Shown here piece after piece: positions 1 through 13,674 of a stretch of 64,000 bases of DNA; the stretch's first letter is position 1; each line of letters opens with the position of its first letter. The translations under genes and the position numbers were made by a program. This DNA comes from Trichoplax adhaerens (Eukaryota; Animalia; Placozoa). Location: assembly GCF_000150275.1 (NCBI RefSeq), contig NW_002060958.1, forward strand, positions 340,374 to 404,373, read 5' to 3'. Below the pieces are notes generated by a model. That model saw only the letters and a list, made by a program, of their open reading frames with translations, did not search any database and was not told the DNA's origin.

Positions 1-2099
1 TGACGTTGACTACGAAGATAATATTATTTATTATTTTTATCAATGTGCCGTAAACATCCATTATCAATTATTTTTTACAAGGTATAGCTTGAACATGATG
101 TCATGCTTACATTTGGGTAATCGTTGGTGTGAATACGAATTAAAGATAGGCTGAATATACGAATAGCCAAGCGTTGCTGCTTTTTGTGAATAAGGAGAGG
201 CTAGCATAGAAAAACAATTTTCTGTTGTTAATATCAGTAAATGTATAATTATCATACTAATAACATAAAGTTGCGACGAGTTATGGGAATAATACTAGCA
301 CAATTGGCTCCTTAGCGGGTGCATAACTACCTGTCCGACTGGACGCAGATAAGGCGGACAAACATGATACATCTAGTTTCTGTAAAGGAATTGACGACTT
401 TGATAGCGAGGTTAAAGCCAAATCTTTCCACCAATTGTTGGGCAAATTGAGCTGGCGTAATTCTTCCGCTAATATCTTCTGTAAATTAGACAAGATATTG
501 GTTGAGTGGGAAGATAAATTGTCGTGCAAAGGTAGTGATCAATCAACTGTTGCATCTTTATGTAAACTTTATGATCAGTTCGATTGAATGCCTTTTATTG
601 TCATCGATTCACCTGGGTTTGTTGGGTGATGATTGATAGTTCTTTTTGGTAGTTCTTTGCTACTTGAGCTTGCTGTTGACGTTTATGTCTTGCAGTAGCA
701 GAGCTTGTGGCTATGGCAGTCGTCTTGATTGTGTTAAGTAACGCCAAAGCTTCGTTGATGACTGTCGAGATCTAGAATAGAAAGAATTTTGTAAAGTGTC
801 ATTACAACAGCTTGAATAGTTACTTTCATTTGTGTTGTATAAAACAGCGTGCCGATCGAAATAACTACTATCCACAGAATCTATTCAACCTGAAGTGACG
901 TCGTTGAAGCTAGATTTAGCTCTAGTGTGTCTTTGACATCAACTACTGTATGTAGCGATTTCATCGCCTAAACTGAAATAAATGAACACTCTATTGGTGT
1001 TGGTAAGCCTTGCCCTTTATTTTCCTTTGGTATTTGATGTTGACGTCTACCGTAGCTATCACAAGGCTACAAGTTGAAACTACAGCAGAGACTGTTTTAC
1101 CGAAGAGACTATTCTCTATCTTATGTGATGCTTTGAGGTTACAGATCGCAATCCAATACTGTACCAATCGTATAGCATCATGAAGTTGGCATGGTAGCAA
1201 TGTCTCAACGTTGCCCCTAACATACTGTCCGCATTTTGATGGACATGATTGACGTGGCCTTGTTGTGATGAGATCATTTTAAGCGATAGTCAAGATTGGC
1301 CAATGTTGCTATGTGAGCCATCGTCAGTGTGTGATTTTGTGGTTATTTTCTCGGTATTTTGCTCAATTGTAGGCTAATACAGTATCCTAGTCTATGACCG
1401 TCTTAACCCATAGCACAGTCATTGATGGTAATCATCATCATACGCTTGGCGGGTTACATCATCTTTTTCCAATGATCGTCATTCATAGTAGAGTTACTAC
1501 TATCATTACTATAATAGTGTTGGCCGATTGTGGTGATGTATGACTTTGATATATGGAAAGGTAAAAGTGGAAGATTCCAATTGGGTGACATAGGATGCTT
1601 GCTGCATACTCAATCCATTTGTACTGGCCAAGACTATCCCTATAATCATCATGATGGAAGACGAGCTAGGCTTTAAAAAGGGATTCAGGAATGTGTCTTC
1701 TAAGTTGGAACATGACTCAAGTACACCGTAGTTTGTACTGGTTGTGTTTGATTGGGTATTTGGCTACAGTCATGATGACCAAGTCTTTTTAGTCGTTGTA
1801 TGATTCAATGCGGAAACTGTCTGTACGATAGTTTCTTTGCCAATTTTGCTCTAGTCCAGTCCATTTTGCTTTTCTCCATCACCATGGATGGGAATCTGTG
1901 GTCTCTTTCTACCCAGTGTTAGTACAATGACTGTAGTGTACTGTACCGTGGTCAAAGTGAAGCACATGCAAGACGACCAGCATGTTGGTGATGTTGATGG
2001 CCCAAAGGCAAGAAACTACTGTCTGACAGCACTATCTTAACAAGTCTATATCAAATGCTGACTTACCTGAGCATTACCCAAAGCATTTGTAAACTGCAT
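1..2099 (-). CDS. Multi-exon gene of unknown function (helical protein); probably continues off the left edge; start codon tentative
   Basis: Phase-compatible GT-AG exons 1051-1216, 890-967, 613-771 and 331-478 splice into an open frame (GNVETLLPCQLHDAIRLVQYW...AMKSLHTVVDVKD...ISTVINEALALLNTIK...KILAEELRQLNLPNNWW). A candidate first exon ATG 2099 (MQFTNALGNAQ) ends in GTAAGT. No family recognised. Confidence 0.6.
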
Positions 2100-2285
2100 G
2101 GCAAAATCCAAGTTGGCACACAGCAAGGCTGGCGGACACCGCTAATGAAAACTTTCCACACGCTTACTGACACACAGTGTGATTGCGGTTAGAGAAAGTC
2201 ACTGAGGTTGAGTGGTGTCGGACAGCACTGAGTTGGTTGGGGCTGATGTAACCTCACCTTTGACGTCGCTCCTGCAGCTGACAGG

Positions 2286-3560
2286 AGTACAGTACTGTCC
2301 ACTGTAGCGTGAAGTACAGTGTACTGTACACTGTACAGTACAGTGTCAGCCAGTTCTCTCTACAGTGTACAGTACAGTACTGTCCACTGTAGGGTGGAAT
2401 ACAGTACTGTACTGTACAGTACAGCACGATGTCAGCCACTTCTCTCTACAGTGTACAGTACTGTAGAGTGGAGTACAGCGTACTGTACACTGCACTGTAC
2501 TGTACAGTATAGCACCGTGTCAGCCAGTTCTCTTTTGAGCCCGGGTGAATGGGATTGTTGACGACTGCTCGATATCAGTACAGTATAGTACTGTACACTG
2601 TAGAGTGGAGTACAGTGTACTGTACAGTACAGCACGGTGTCAGCCAGTTCTCTCTACAGTGTACAGTACCGTACTGTACACTGTAGAGTGGAGTACAGTG
2701 TACTGTACACCGTACAGTACAGCACGGTGTCAGCCAGTTCTCTTTCGAGCGCTATGATGGTGGGTGAATGGGTGAGTGATTGTTGACGACTGCTCGATAT
2801 GGCCAGTGTATTTAGGGTTAAATGGGTTAAGATTGATCCAACGTCATGGTCGATGATTGATACTGTAGTCATGGTGTACTGTACTACTAAACTTGAATCT
2901 TCTGTACAGTACTTGGTTCAACTTTAGTACCAGTAGATATACTGTAACCCTAACCGTGTAAATTGTCCACTACTGTAAAAAGTGCTCGAGAATTTTCCAT
3001 TTTCCAGTCCATTGTACTGTACAGTACAGTACAGTACTGTACACTGTACTCTGTGCAATACTGTAGTGTGCATTGTCTAACGCCATGCCGTGTTCCACTA
3101 CCGTCCATCGTGCGGTCTGTACAGTACCATGATATTCTGTCAACTGCAAGTTTTCCAGAAAAGTGCGTGAATATGAACATTCATCCTATATATATACTGT
3201 ATATCATGTATAATATGTATATGTATGTTATCATCATGTATATAAATGTATTCCACTGCGTGGCAGCCAGTGACTGCCACACAGTGAAAGACTGTACTGG
3301 ACTAGACTGGTTGTGTTCATACTGACAGCATGATATTGTACTGTACTGCAAGGTTGACGTCATACAGTACACTACACTACCTTTGACTACAGTACAGTAT
3401 AACGACAGACTATTGTCAGCGCTCACTCACAACCAGACGGAGTCGAAAGTACTGTAGGCTTGTACTGTAGACTGGAGTACAGCAGACTGAAATCATGACG
3501 TCATCCGCGCCCCATCGACTCTACAGTCTACAGTGTACAGTGCACAGTACTCGATTACAC
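2286..3560. repeat. Palindromic GTACAGTAC/TACTGTA-rich repeat field with ~90-120 bp degenerate tandem units (2286-2745), in a divergent intergenic region
   Basis: CAGCCA(G/C)TTCTCT recurs at ~2347, 2433, 2521, 2641, 2730. TTGTTGACGACTGCTCGATAT occurs at ~2556 and ~2780. Self-complementary TACAGTA/TACTGTA words are dense throughout. Confidence 0.9.
3355..3503. promoter_or_regulatory. Two full CRE/ATF palindromes (TGACGTCA) upstream of cyclin T
   Basis: TGACGTCA at 3355-3362 and 3496-3503, about 180-330 bp before ATG 3681. Confidence 0.45.
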
Positions 3561-3680
3561 TAGACTAATACTGACTGTGTTGAATAGAGTACGCGAGTTT
3601 GCTTCGCCGCCGCTTGCAAAGGTGCGTAAAATTCACAAGCCAGAGCGGATTGGAACGCCAGACTGCTGACGAATTGGACT

Positions 3681-6600
3681 ATGGCGACTGCAAATGCTTC
3701 CTCGTCTGGATCATCGTCGAGTAGTTGTAATGCGGCAGATTTTGCTGTTACTAACTTTTATTTTAGTGATACAGAACTGCAAAATACCCCTTCACGGCGT
3801 AACGACATTAGCGTCGCAACGGAGTTATATTATCGTCAAACATGTGCCCTTTGTATACAAGAACTAGGCATGAAGCTGGGAGCGTATCCACTTTCCAATA
3901 TTCATGTTCATATTGTCCTCGGTCAACTTGTCCATTGCTCTGTTGTACCAATTGATTTTCTTGTCAAGTCTTGAATGGACAATCAGTAAAAAAAATAACA
4001 GTGATTAGTAATGTAGGATATCTCGTCGGACAGTTTTTAGTCCACTTTTCACGGCCATTTTGGACGTATTGTTAGACCAGTCAAGTCAAGGCTTGAAGAG
4101 GACAGACTTTCCCTTCAAGGGGTAATGTTCCATTCATGTCTTCACGACTCTATACAGTACTATATATTTTTTCCACCATTCCATTTTTTTTTTCATGCCT
4201 TTTTCATGCCTTTTTCATGCATGCTACATGCATCCAATCTTCCACATATCCATTCACGCTGCATACAATCATGAAAATAATAAACGAATAAGCTGAAATA
4301 ACATGACTTTTGATTCTTCAATGTATTCCTTAACGTTACTACTAGCAATCAATTAACAATTAATACAGCATTGGTTTACATGCATCGATTTTATATGTTT
4401 CACTCTTTAGCAAGTTATAACCTAAAGGTAAGCGGCGGCCATGTTGAATTTTCCATGGAGGATACAATCAATCAATTCTTCAATGGACAAATTATTTTTC
4501 CAATGTTGAGTATCCGATAAATAGTACTGCTTTGAAACGTATTGAAAAAAAATGTGCTTTTTAATCGCAGAATATAGCAGCTTGTGCTATCTTCCTTGCT
4601 TCTAAATCAGAAGAACACCCGAATAAGTTAAATAAAGTCATCACTGCTGCCTATGAGTATTTTAGTCATGAAAGTTCGCCTTTAGACCCTAAATCCGAGG
4701 TAACTTGATAACATCCAATGAATTGTACGTACTCAAAATGGCTTTAATCTTATTGTAATAGGTAGAATAATAATATTGTACGTGATAACCAGATAGAATG
4801 ATGATGATGATGATATAGTACCAAGCGTACAAGTCAGATGATAGTCTTGCTAGAACTTTCGTATTGCATGACTACTGCATTGATTTGCACCAATTTACAA
4901 ATAAAGGTGTTCTACTTGCCATTTCAACCACGATCCACTTTTCTAAGATTATTCAATCATCTTGCAGAAATTTCTCAAGCTGTCTCAAGATCTTGTCGAC
5001 AACGAATATGCGATGTTGTTAACATTAGGCAAGTGTGCCTTAGGTTTTTCTTACCAATGATGAGTAAGACCAGATATGATAGCTACTAGTTTTACTACAG
5101 GCTTTGACATTGAAATCATGCATCCACATACGCACGTTATAAAGTGCTTACATGGCTTGAAAGGTAAGACTTGCATCATATTCCATTCATTTTACAATAT
5201 ACTATGGATTTGAATGCACATATCACTGATAGCAATTCCTATACTGTAATCTTCTCCATAAATTGAAAATAAATGAATTCGTATCTAGCTTGACTCTTCA
5301 AATTTACTAATTTTGTTGTTTTATCTTGTTTCTAAGTAGGCATGAAAGAACTAGCACAGACTGCCTATTTCCTAGCTTCGCAGAGGTAAGTCTATTCTGT
5401 AGTCATGCTTGACCGTAGTTTAAGATCAAATCACGATAGACACTAATGTGCTCTTTCAACACAAATATACTTGTTTAGTTCGCATCTGAGTACGCTTTGT
5501 TTGCAACATAAGCCGGTTATCATAGCGGGAGTTTGCATTCATATCGCTTGTAAATGGCTCGACATCGAGGTAACTCTAAGAGGAAGTCAATGAAATTATC
5601 TTAGTGTTAGCACATGGACAGCCGATTGTTCTATAATTATCATATTTTTCTCTCACCTATAGCTACCCATTTTGAAAGATGGAGGGGCTTGGTACAAATC
5701 GCTTGATCCTCATATATCCTTAAAACAGCTTGATGGTACATAGTTACATAATAGGATTACAATATATATTTTATTTGTTACCTATCTATTTAACTGCGAG
5801 TATCATACTCGGCAGACTTGGCCTGCAAATTTCTCCACATAATCGACACATGCCCTAGTAAATTAAAGAAATCCGTTGCATTTAATATGGATAAGGTAAT
5901 TTACTTTGCTAGAATCTTATGATTCCCTTGAATTGCGATGCCCTGTACAATTTCATTATAATTATTGTGTTGTATACTGTCAATTCTTTTTTGGTAATTG
6001 TAATCATGCATTTTCTTGCCAAGGCTGGACTTAAACAAAGTGAAATTGTTCGAAAGCGTTTTATGAGTGGAGGAAGTAATTCACTTCCTTCTAGTATTAA
6101 AAGTAAGGAGCAATCTTCATCCTTTGGTAACACGAATAAAAGTACTACAGCCACAATTTCTAAAGCTACTACTAAAAATGATGACAAGAATGAGGCTAAC
6201 CACTCCGAAGTACATTTAGAAGCTAGAAAAAACAAGCTATCAGATGAGAAACATGTTAGCGATACAATACAAAATGATAAAACTGATCCCACTCCTACAT
6301 TGTCTGCATCTTCGGAGAAACTGAATTTTGCGCCTTCGGATAAGACGATGATAGCAAATGCGTTGACGCAGCGAGTACCAACAATAAGAACGAATCTCGC
6401 TTCTCAATCGGAAACGTTAAGAAAATCATCATCTACTCCGAATTTTATGAATTATGGGCATTCACAGTCTAATTCAAGACTCGTGGGACACATGGCGCAG
6501 AGCCAAAAAAGAAAGTTGGAGCCAGATATTGCCGAACAGGAAAACTCAGATGTCGCGCCTCATTCTAAGAAACACATGATAGAAAATAATTCTGCAGATC

Positions 6601-6836
6601 ATACACATCATAGTCATGATGATCGAGACAATGGCGCTAGAGCAGTTGAAATAGATAAAACTACTGCAGATGTAAATGAAAGCAGTAGCATTACCTCATC
6701 TGTTTTGAATACTGAAAAGTGCAAGGATGAAGGTGTGGACGTACCGTTGCCTTTGCCTGCTGATAAATCAGTCCCACAGAAATCGCTACCTACGATACCA
6801 TTGCGGACGACTAATAATATCGACTCAGAAATTTAA
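3681..6836 (+). CDS. CCNT: Cyclin T (P-TEFb regulatory subunit), 10 coding exons
   Basis: Exons 3681-3883, 4346-4427, 4571-4699, 4968-5028, 5101-5163, ~5340-5385, ~5479-5569, ~5663-5735, ~5816-5895, ~6024-6836. They give the cyclin-T box FYFSDTELQNTPSRR..ELYYRQ..IQELG..NQLTINTALVYMHRFYM..AIFLASKSEE..LGFDIEIMHPHTHV..ELAQTAYFLAS..CIHIACKW, then a low-complexity C-terminus. Confidence 0.95.
3884..4345 (+). other. U12-type (minor spliceosome) GT-AG intron 1 of cyclin T
   Basis: 5' site is GTATCCACTTT. The consensus U12 branch site TTCCTTAAC is at 4326-4334, 9 nt before the AG (4344-4345), and there is no polypyrimidine tract. The junction restores GA|NQLTINTA. Confidence 0.8.
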
Positions 6837-8091
6837 CAAGAAATAATTTTAGTAATTGTCAATATTAAGCGTTTTGTAGTGTCGATTGAATGACAATATA
6901 CGCGCATAATTCATTGCTACCATAGAGTATGGTCCAATACAGTTCTATACTGTTGTACAATTTTGATTTTATAGATTTTAACATAATCTTCCATTATAAT
7001 GACTACTTTTCAGCACTTGAGTTATAATGTAAGCTATGGTATAATCGATAACTGTATTTATTTGCTGTAAAAGAAAAAAATCACAGTACAGATAAAACTA
7101 AGTGTAATACTATTTGTGAAAATGTTACACTAAGAATGATGACTTGTTATTCTGTTATGTTGGATATGGTATGTAGAAATTTATATACTGTTTTAATTTT
7201 TAAAATTTGGTTAATGTTTATACTCAACACTATTTCGCCTAAAAGGTTACTAGTTACATACTGTATGCATTGTCCACATACCAATGTACTTGTAAATATC
7301 GATTAATTTGTAATATGTATCACAGTGTGGTATAGGTACCGCTATATAAAAACTTTCAATCTATGACCTGCCCCCCCAAAAGTGCTTGTTAACAGTGGTT
7401 AGCTATTGTTGGACGATAGTTACCTGCTTCATCTAGTTGAAGATTTTCTATGCTAAACCTCGTTTAGATAGTCACTTGTACCTAATAACGGTAAATTAAA
7501 TATACACATTCACGTTTCCAAGGCTGCAAGGTATTACTGCGGTGATGTTGCTATAATCAACACTATACTGAAATGTTGAATGCTTGTCTAATATTCATAA
7601 TAGTGAAATTCTTCTTTCCACTGTATTATAATAATGCCTCTGTATAAATAAACTGCTACATAATCAAGTGCTAACAAAATTTATTTGGTAGGTCAGATAG
7701 TAATTATTGTTGCCTCACTGTTCTCTGTTTATTCACGATCTATATTTGTATTTTATTGTAAGAATTAACAGACATTTCCAATTTCAAAGCTTGTCGTAAC
7801 ATACCAATATATATGCCTAAATTGGTTGATAAGTGTATTTGTCATACAAAAAATAAAATTGGTTCCAGTTTATGTACAGATGACGGTGAATAATAGCGTA
7901 TGAGCAGCTCGACTCTTGTAAATATGTTGAATGGCTGAGCGGTGGTCAACATTCTGACATAGTAGCTTATGCTAAAATTTTCTTAAAATTTGCACAAAGA
8001 TGTTCGATAATTCTCAATAATATACCGTACATTATTCAATCATATTCTACAGCACTAGACAGCATTATATACGCGTATATATCAAGTTTGT

Positions 8092-10837
8092 CTATTTCTT
8101 GTCTAGTTTTGTTCTCATTTTTTCATTTTCTGACTGGATCTTATTTCTCCTGGTTAAGCTATTACCGCCACCACCACATGTAACTTCAACATTTATTTTG
8201 CGTTCGTTTAATGACGTATGGTGATACTTTAGCGCTTTCTAGTCAGAGATAAAGAAAATTCATGGTATAGACAACCCCTTTATTTGAATTTCTGTACAAT
8301 TTCAATCTTATTCAGTAAACTACTTTCTAGTCGTAGATCAGAAATTTTATGTCAAAAGAGTTACAACATGTAAGCCTAGTAATATGTCACTTGAAACAGC
8401 GTTAGTAATTTTCCATACACTAGCATATTGGAATGTGATCAATACAAGTGTAAATTGGAGGTTGTCCCTTAAGTAGAAATTTGCAAGAATTTTAGAATCA
8501 TTTGGAAATACTATAACTCACCTGGTAATCAGCATATCTGAAGGCTTCAAGAAATGCACATCCTCTTGGACTACCATCCTTTTTGGTTAACAATCGTACT
8601 TGTAAATTATGACCTGAAATTGAAACACAATGAGTGTAAATTGAATGCTCTTGAAATATTTTGTACCTAAAAGATAAATGTGCCTTTAGCTACTTTAGCA
8701 ATGGCTAAAAAATGCCAGGTTGTACCAATTGTATGATTCTATGCATTTTATGAACTGTCATGATAAAGTTCAAATTATTAATTAATACTTTAGGTCTAGT
8801 TCAATCTGACGCTAGTAACTAGCAACCGTCATAGAGATAAAAATGCGTGGTCCAAATGTTACGTTATTATTAACTGTAAGTCGAAAAATGGTCAAGACAT
8901 AAGTTTAGGCAAAGATTGTAAGTTACTAAGCACGTTAACAATTACAATCATGAACAATTGATTCTATAAATTATTACTTCTTATAGTCTCCAAATGTCAT
9001 CAGAAGATGAGAGAAAATTCAATAAATAACTAGTTGAAATGATTGATCTTACCACATTTTTTAAAATGCTTTAAGATATCTTCGTCGGTGGTAGAATAAC
9101 TTAAATTACCTAGTCAAATACAGGTACAATTAGCATCATTAACACGATTGATATTCTTCCATGACAGTTGGAGAGTGTGTGATTTCGACTACATGATAGA
9201 CTGCTGTGGTATATTTCTCGACAGTAGTCAACGAATTCTTACTTAAAGGAAGATGTATCTAATTTTTTAGATGGTATCAATAATGGTATAATAATAAGAA
9301 ATTTTAACATTCGGTTTTGCTGATAACCAAATACAGTAAACTGTACATCGTATATATAATTAAAGAATCACACTAATGCTCCTGTAGTAAGTAATTCAAT
9401 GTCGATAACAAGAAATTAATCGATAATAATCGATAATATGAAATTTTAACATTCGGTTTTGCTAATAACCAAATACAGTATAGTGTACAGTACTGTACGT
9501 CGTGTATATAATTAAAGAATCACACTAATGCTCCTGTAGTAAGTAATTCAATGTCGATAACAAACTGCAGTCAGAAAAACATTACGTAATGTTAACCTAA
9601 GAAAAGGATAAAACGTTTGGATGATTTATTCTTTAAAGGAGGCTTGATTTCCGCAGCGGCGTTATTTTCGCTGTTCAAATTTTGAATGGGATTACTGGAT
9701 TGACTAGCGTCCTTCTTGGCATGTTTTTTCCACCATCTAACAGATTATACAAAAAACACCTTTGGTTGATGAATACAACCTAAGCACTTGATTGATGGTG
9801 TAAACTTACAAACATTCACAATAAGTAACTATTGTACGATATACATGTGTGCAATAATTATTTTGACGCCATTAGTCTATTTACTTATGAGATGAAGCGA
9901 TTATGAATTTATAAGCTTTCATCCGTCTTATTGATTGAGAGCAACCATTCTAATGAGTTGTAGAGAAATGAAGTGATAGCCAATGTGATCGTTGAGTTAC
10001 AAATTTTATTGTGACATCGCACCAACTTTCTGACAATAATGTAGCAATTTAGATCGAAGGGTTCATCACTAATCATAAATAGAGTATAGTACAGGTATAG
10101 TAATAGCGCACAACCATCCGTGAAAGGATCCTTTAACCCTTTGATGTGCAATTTCTATTTTAAGTACGCTGTCCCTGCATGCAATACGTGTCGATGATGC
10201 CGTCAGAAATAGCAGAAACTTGCTAATGCGAGCTCAATTTGTGCTTGTATCGTCAGGTATATCATCGCCCATGAGCAATAGTAAGTGTAGTCATGAAGTT
10301 CATGTCGATCGTTTTATTCTAATGATTGAAGGAGGTGTGAAAGTGCAAATTCATGCCTTGTATAAGTTGTACCAATGAAGTTTGCAATGCAACCCTATCC
10401 TGAAAGCAAGCAAGACTAGTAGTTTTAGGTATAAAAACTGTAGGAGTTGGATATTACTGTATCAGACCTGGGATCAAGTCCACTTTGTATATGATACAGT
10501 ATAAAAAAATGGTTGGCCCGTCTATTCGACTTAATCCAAGTGGAACAGCGGAAAAGTCATGCTGTCATGAAAGTATACACTTATCCAACGATTGCTTGTG
10601 AACTCTTGCAGGCAAGAAATGACAGCAATACTACATTAGTCTGCTGATGCAAGTCTACAGTGGGTTCTAGAGGCATCACTAACAAGCTTAATACATTCCT
10701 CTCTGCTATTTCAACTGTGCCCATCTTGTATGATAGCATCCACTGATTTTCTTCCGACATGATACATCAAGAAGAACTTACTCCTGCCGGCGTTTCAATC
10801 GATTGATGGATGACGCTTGACTTTTGTCGTTGTCCAT
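8092..10837 (-). CDS. Small single-RRM nucleolar RNA-binding protein, Nop6-like; 5 exons
   Basis: Exons 10782-10837, ~9597-9736, ~9053-9109, ~8522-8613, 8092-~8238 splice to MDNDKSQ..KRFILFLGNLSYSTTDEDILKHF..VRLLTKKDGSPRGCAFLEAF..KALKYHHTSLNERKINVEVTCGGGGNS..RRNKIQSENEKM. This has RNP2/RNP1 plus the Nop6-type INVE.T.GGGGNS tail. Confidence 0.85.
9297..9562. repeat. Intronic ~145-bp direct tandem duplication (2 copies)
   Basis: GAAATTTTAACATTCGGTTTTGCT...AAAGAATCACACTAATGCTCCTGTAGTAAGTAATTCAATGTCGATAACAA occurs at ~9298 and ~9440. Confidence 0.9.
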
Positions 10838-10918
10838 GGCATTGAATCAAGTTGGTTGACATGCAGCTTTTGCTTTCAGCGTCGACGGACTTCACCTGCG
10901 ACAAGTGATACGCCGTTA

Positions 10919-11420
10919 TGTACAGTACAGCACTACAAATTGACGTAATACTGTACACTGTACTCTTCGTGCCATGGTCCGGACCGGACCGGACCATCAA
11001 GACCTCAAGTGTTCAGTAGTCTGGACCAGACCGAACCATCAAGACCTCAAGTGTACTGTACAGTGTACAGTACATACTTTACAGTATACTGCATTACAAA
11101 TTTACGTACTGTACACTGTACAGTTCGTGCATGGGTCCGGACCAGACCGGACCGGCAAGACCTCAAGTGTACAGTACAGTACACTGTACAGTACAGTACT
11201 GCACTACAAATTTACGAACAGTACAGTACACTGTACTGTATACTGTACTGTACACCACTGTACTGTAGACTCTTCGTGCGTGGGTCCGGATCGGACCGGA
11301 CTGGACCGGACTATCAAGACCTCAAGTGTACAGTACACACTGTACAGTGTACAGTACAGTAGACTGTGTTGTAGATTGTTGACTCTACTGGACTGCTGCA
11401 GCCCCTACAGTACTACACTT
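10919..11420. repeat. Second GTACAGTAC-rich palindromic repeat field with GGACCGGACC-AAGACCTCAAGTG units, in a divergent intergenic region
   Basis: AAGACCTCAAGTG at ~10999, 11041, 11157, 11316, each preceded by GGACC repeats or the GGTCCGGACC palindrome. Confidence 0.9.
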
Positions 11421-13674
11421 TGACATGTTGACTAATTCCTTAAATTTGGGGATGGCAAAGGATGTCCATATAAAAAAAAAAATGGACAGATATATCGAAA
11501 ATAATTGCTGTGTGCTGTAACTATTCTTAGTGCACATTCAGTGTACAGCAGTGTACGTACAGTCCACGACTGCTTCGTCACAGTCCAAAATACTGCCATT
11601 CAAAATGCCCAATGGCGGTCCCATCGGACGGACAGATCCACGACATACTGCAGGACGATTAAAGGTATCTCTTTAAAGGTAGGGTTCAACTCCAACAAAA
11701 GAATTTTGGCCCAATCCATTATCCCCCACCTTGAATTAAATGGATTGATTTTTTCATACATTTACTTCATTTTGCCTTTCATTTCTTTCCACTTTAGCAG
11801 TAATGACAGCGGATTCCCATCGATTGTAACACCGTAATCGAATTCAATGCGATTGAAATCAAATCCTTGATTTTTCCTGCGATTGATCCAAATTGGCAAT
11901 ATTGATGTCGAGTTGGTGATCAGCGAAGGTCATCAACGCCTCAGGTATGGATTAATTATAAATACAATTCATCATCATCCAGACAGAAATGGCGATGCCG
12001 TAGTGAGAGGATAGTGTAGCTTCTTTCATCCTCTTAGTAAAGAATCATATTATAGATAAATTGTCTTATTTTCTCGTCTACTTTGATGGCTTGTGTATAG
12101 TACAGGAAGTTGAATGTCTGGCTGTCAAGTAGGAGATTTTATCATCACCGTGTGTTAATGTGTGTGTGTGTCTTTTTCCATTTCTATCCTTCCAGTAATC
12201 GTTATAACTTGATCTACTATAGCATACTATAGTGTGAATACTAGTCGTCATAAAAGTGGCGACATGAGAAATAGAGACTACAGTGGGTAAGACTTTTTGC
12301 TTTGTTTATTTCAGGACTTGCTATCTAATGGTCATATTCCACTCATCGCGCAGTTAGAATGGATGACTGATGATCCTACCGAGTTACTCAAGGTAAGGCA
12401 TCCTGCTACAGTGGGATGACTGTTTTGTTTTCTAATAATGAATTATACTCGTAGTAACTGAACTACCATAGTCTTTCAATCTTGATGAACGTAGAAGAAA
12501 GCGAGATAGTGCTTACTCTTGAATTAAACACCGCCACTATACGTAGTTCCAATTGCAGATTTGGTCATCAATGGCAATACTAGACGTGTAGTGGTTCATT
12601 TGAGTGTAGCAATGGACATTAATCTATATATAGCAAAACCATCAGATAGATTCTTTCTCTTGAAATAAATAAAACCCGTCACTACGCTAATTTCTAAGTA
12701 CACTTGATAATGCAAATATTATGTTGGTAGTGATCAATTTGAACACACAATTCGACCTGAAACTATAACATAATTAGGAAGTATTGTAGTTTATTTCTCT
12801 AGAAATAAACTTCCTCATTATATCAATTTCCAAGTGCAGCCTTGATAATGGAAATACTATTCGTGTCTTAGTCAATTTGAGTACTGTACTATACATAATT
12901 CGATATTAAGATATCAAAAATGACTATCAAATCGATTATTTTCCTAGGAGTAAGCTCTGTCGTTATACTGAGTTCCAAGCATAGCCTTGATAATAAAAAT
13001 GCTATACGCAAATTGGTTAATTTTTGTATACGATGATTGAATAGGAACGTATTCAAAGACTATCAAATAGATTACTGTCGATTATATAACACAGAATAGA
13101 CAAATCATGAATAGGAAAAGCTTCGAAATACACTACTATTACTACTGTCACTACTACTACTTCTCGTACAAACCCGTGTGGTAACTCCAAAGCTATAATA
13201 TGATAAATAAAAGATGAAATCCTGTACCCTTGATCTATGGATTGCTAGCCTAATTCAAACATTTCAACATGGTATTGCGATTAAAGAAATAAGAGTGATT
13301 TTATGCTAGTTCATTTAAATCAACATGATCATTAGTGATCATTAGATCATTACCATTCGATTATAATGTGCTCCATGAGTAAAGCATCCCTTAATTGTAT
13401 ATCATACTTGAATAAGAAATAAAATGTCAATCAATGAATAAAGTTTGTACGCGTTATACCTAATTGTTAATTTGTAATAGGTTTGGTAAGTACGAGTATA
13501 TGAGTAGTGCAATACTACATTGCAATTGGTATAAATTCATATTGCAATTTTTTACACTAGAAATTGACAGCTCGCACTTCTTCAACACTGCAGCAGCGTT
13601 CACTATAAACTGCCGTGTTTTCCTATCGGATATACCAATTCAAGAGTCATATCTTAAACTATATATTAAACAAT

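Noticed and set aside
2286-2745. AGTACA-n-TGTACT words resembling steroid-receptor response elements
   Set aside because: Spacing is variable and the words arise by default from the repeat
2254-3426. Many short Y/C/T/V/S-rich ORFs on both strands (also 10974-11423)
   Set aside because: They are translations of the palindromic repeat in several frames, with no protein signal
5919-6023. Hydrophobic N-terminus of the 305-aa ORF
   Set aside because: Intronic read-through upstream of the last cyclin T exon
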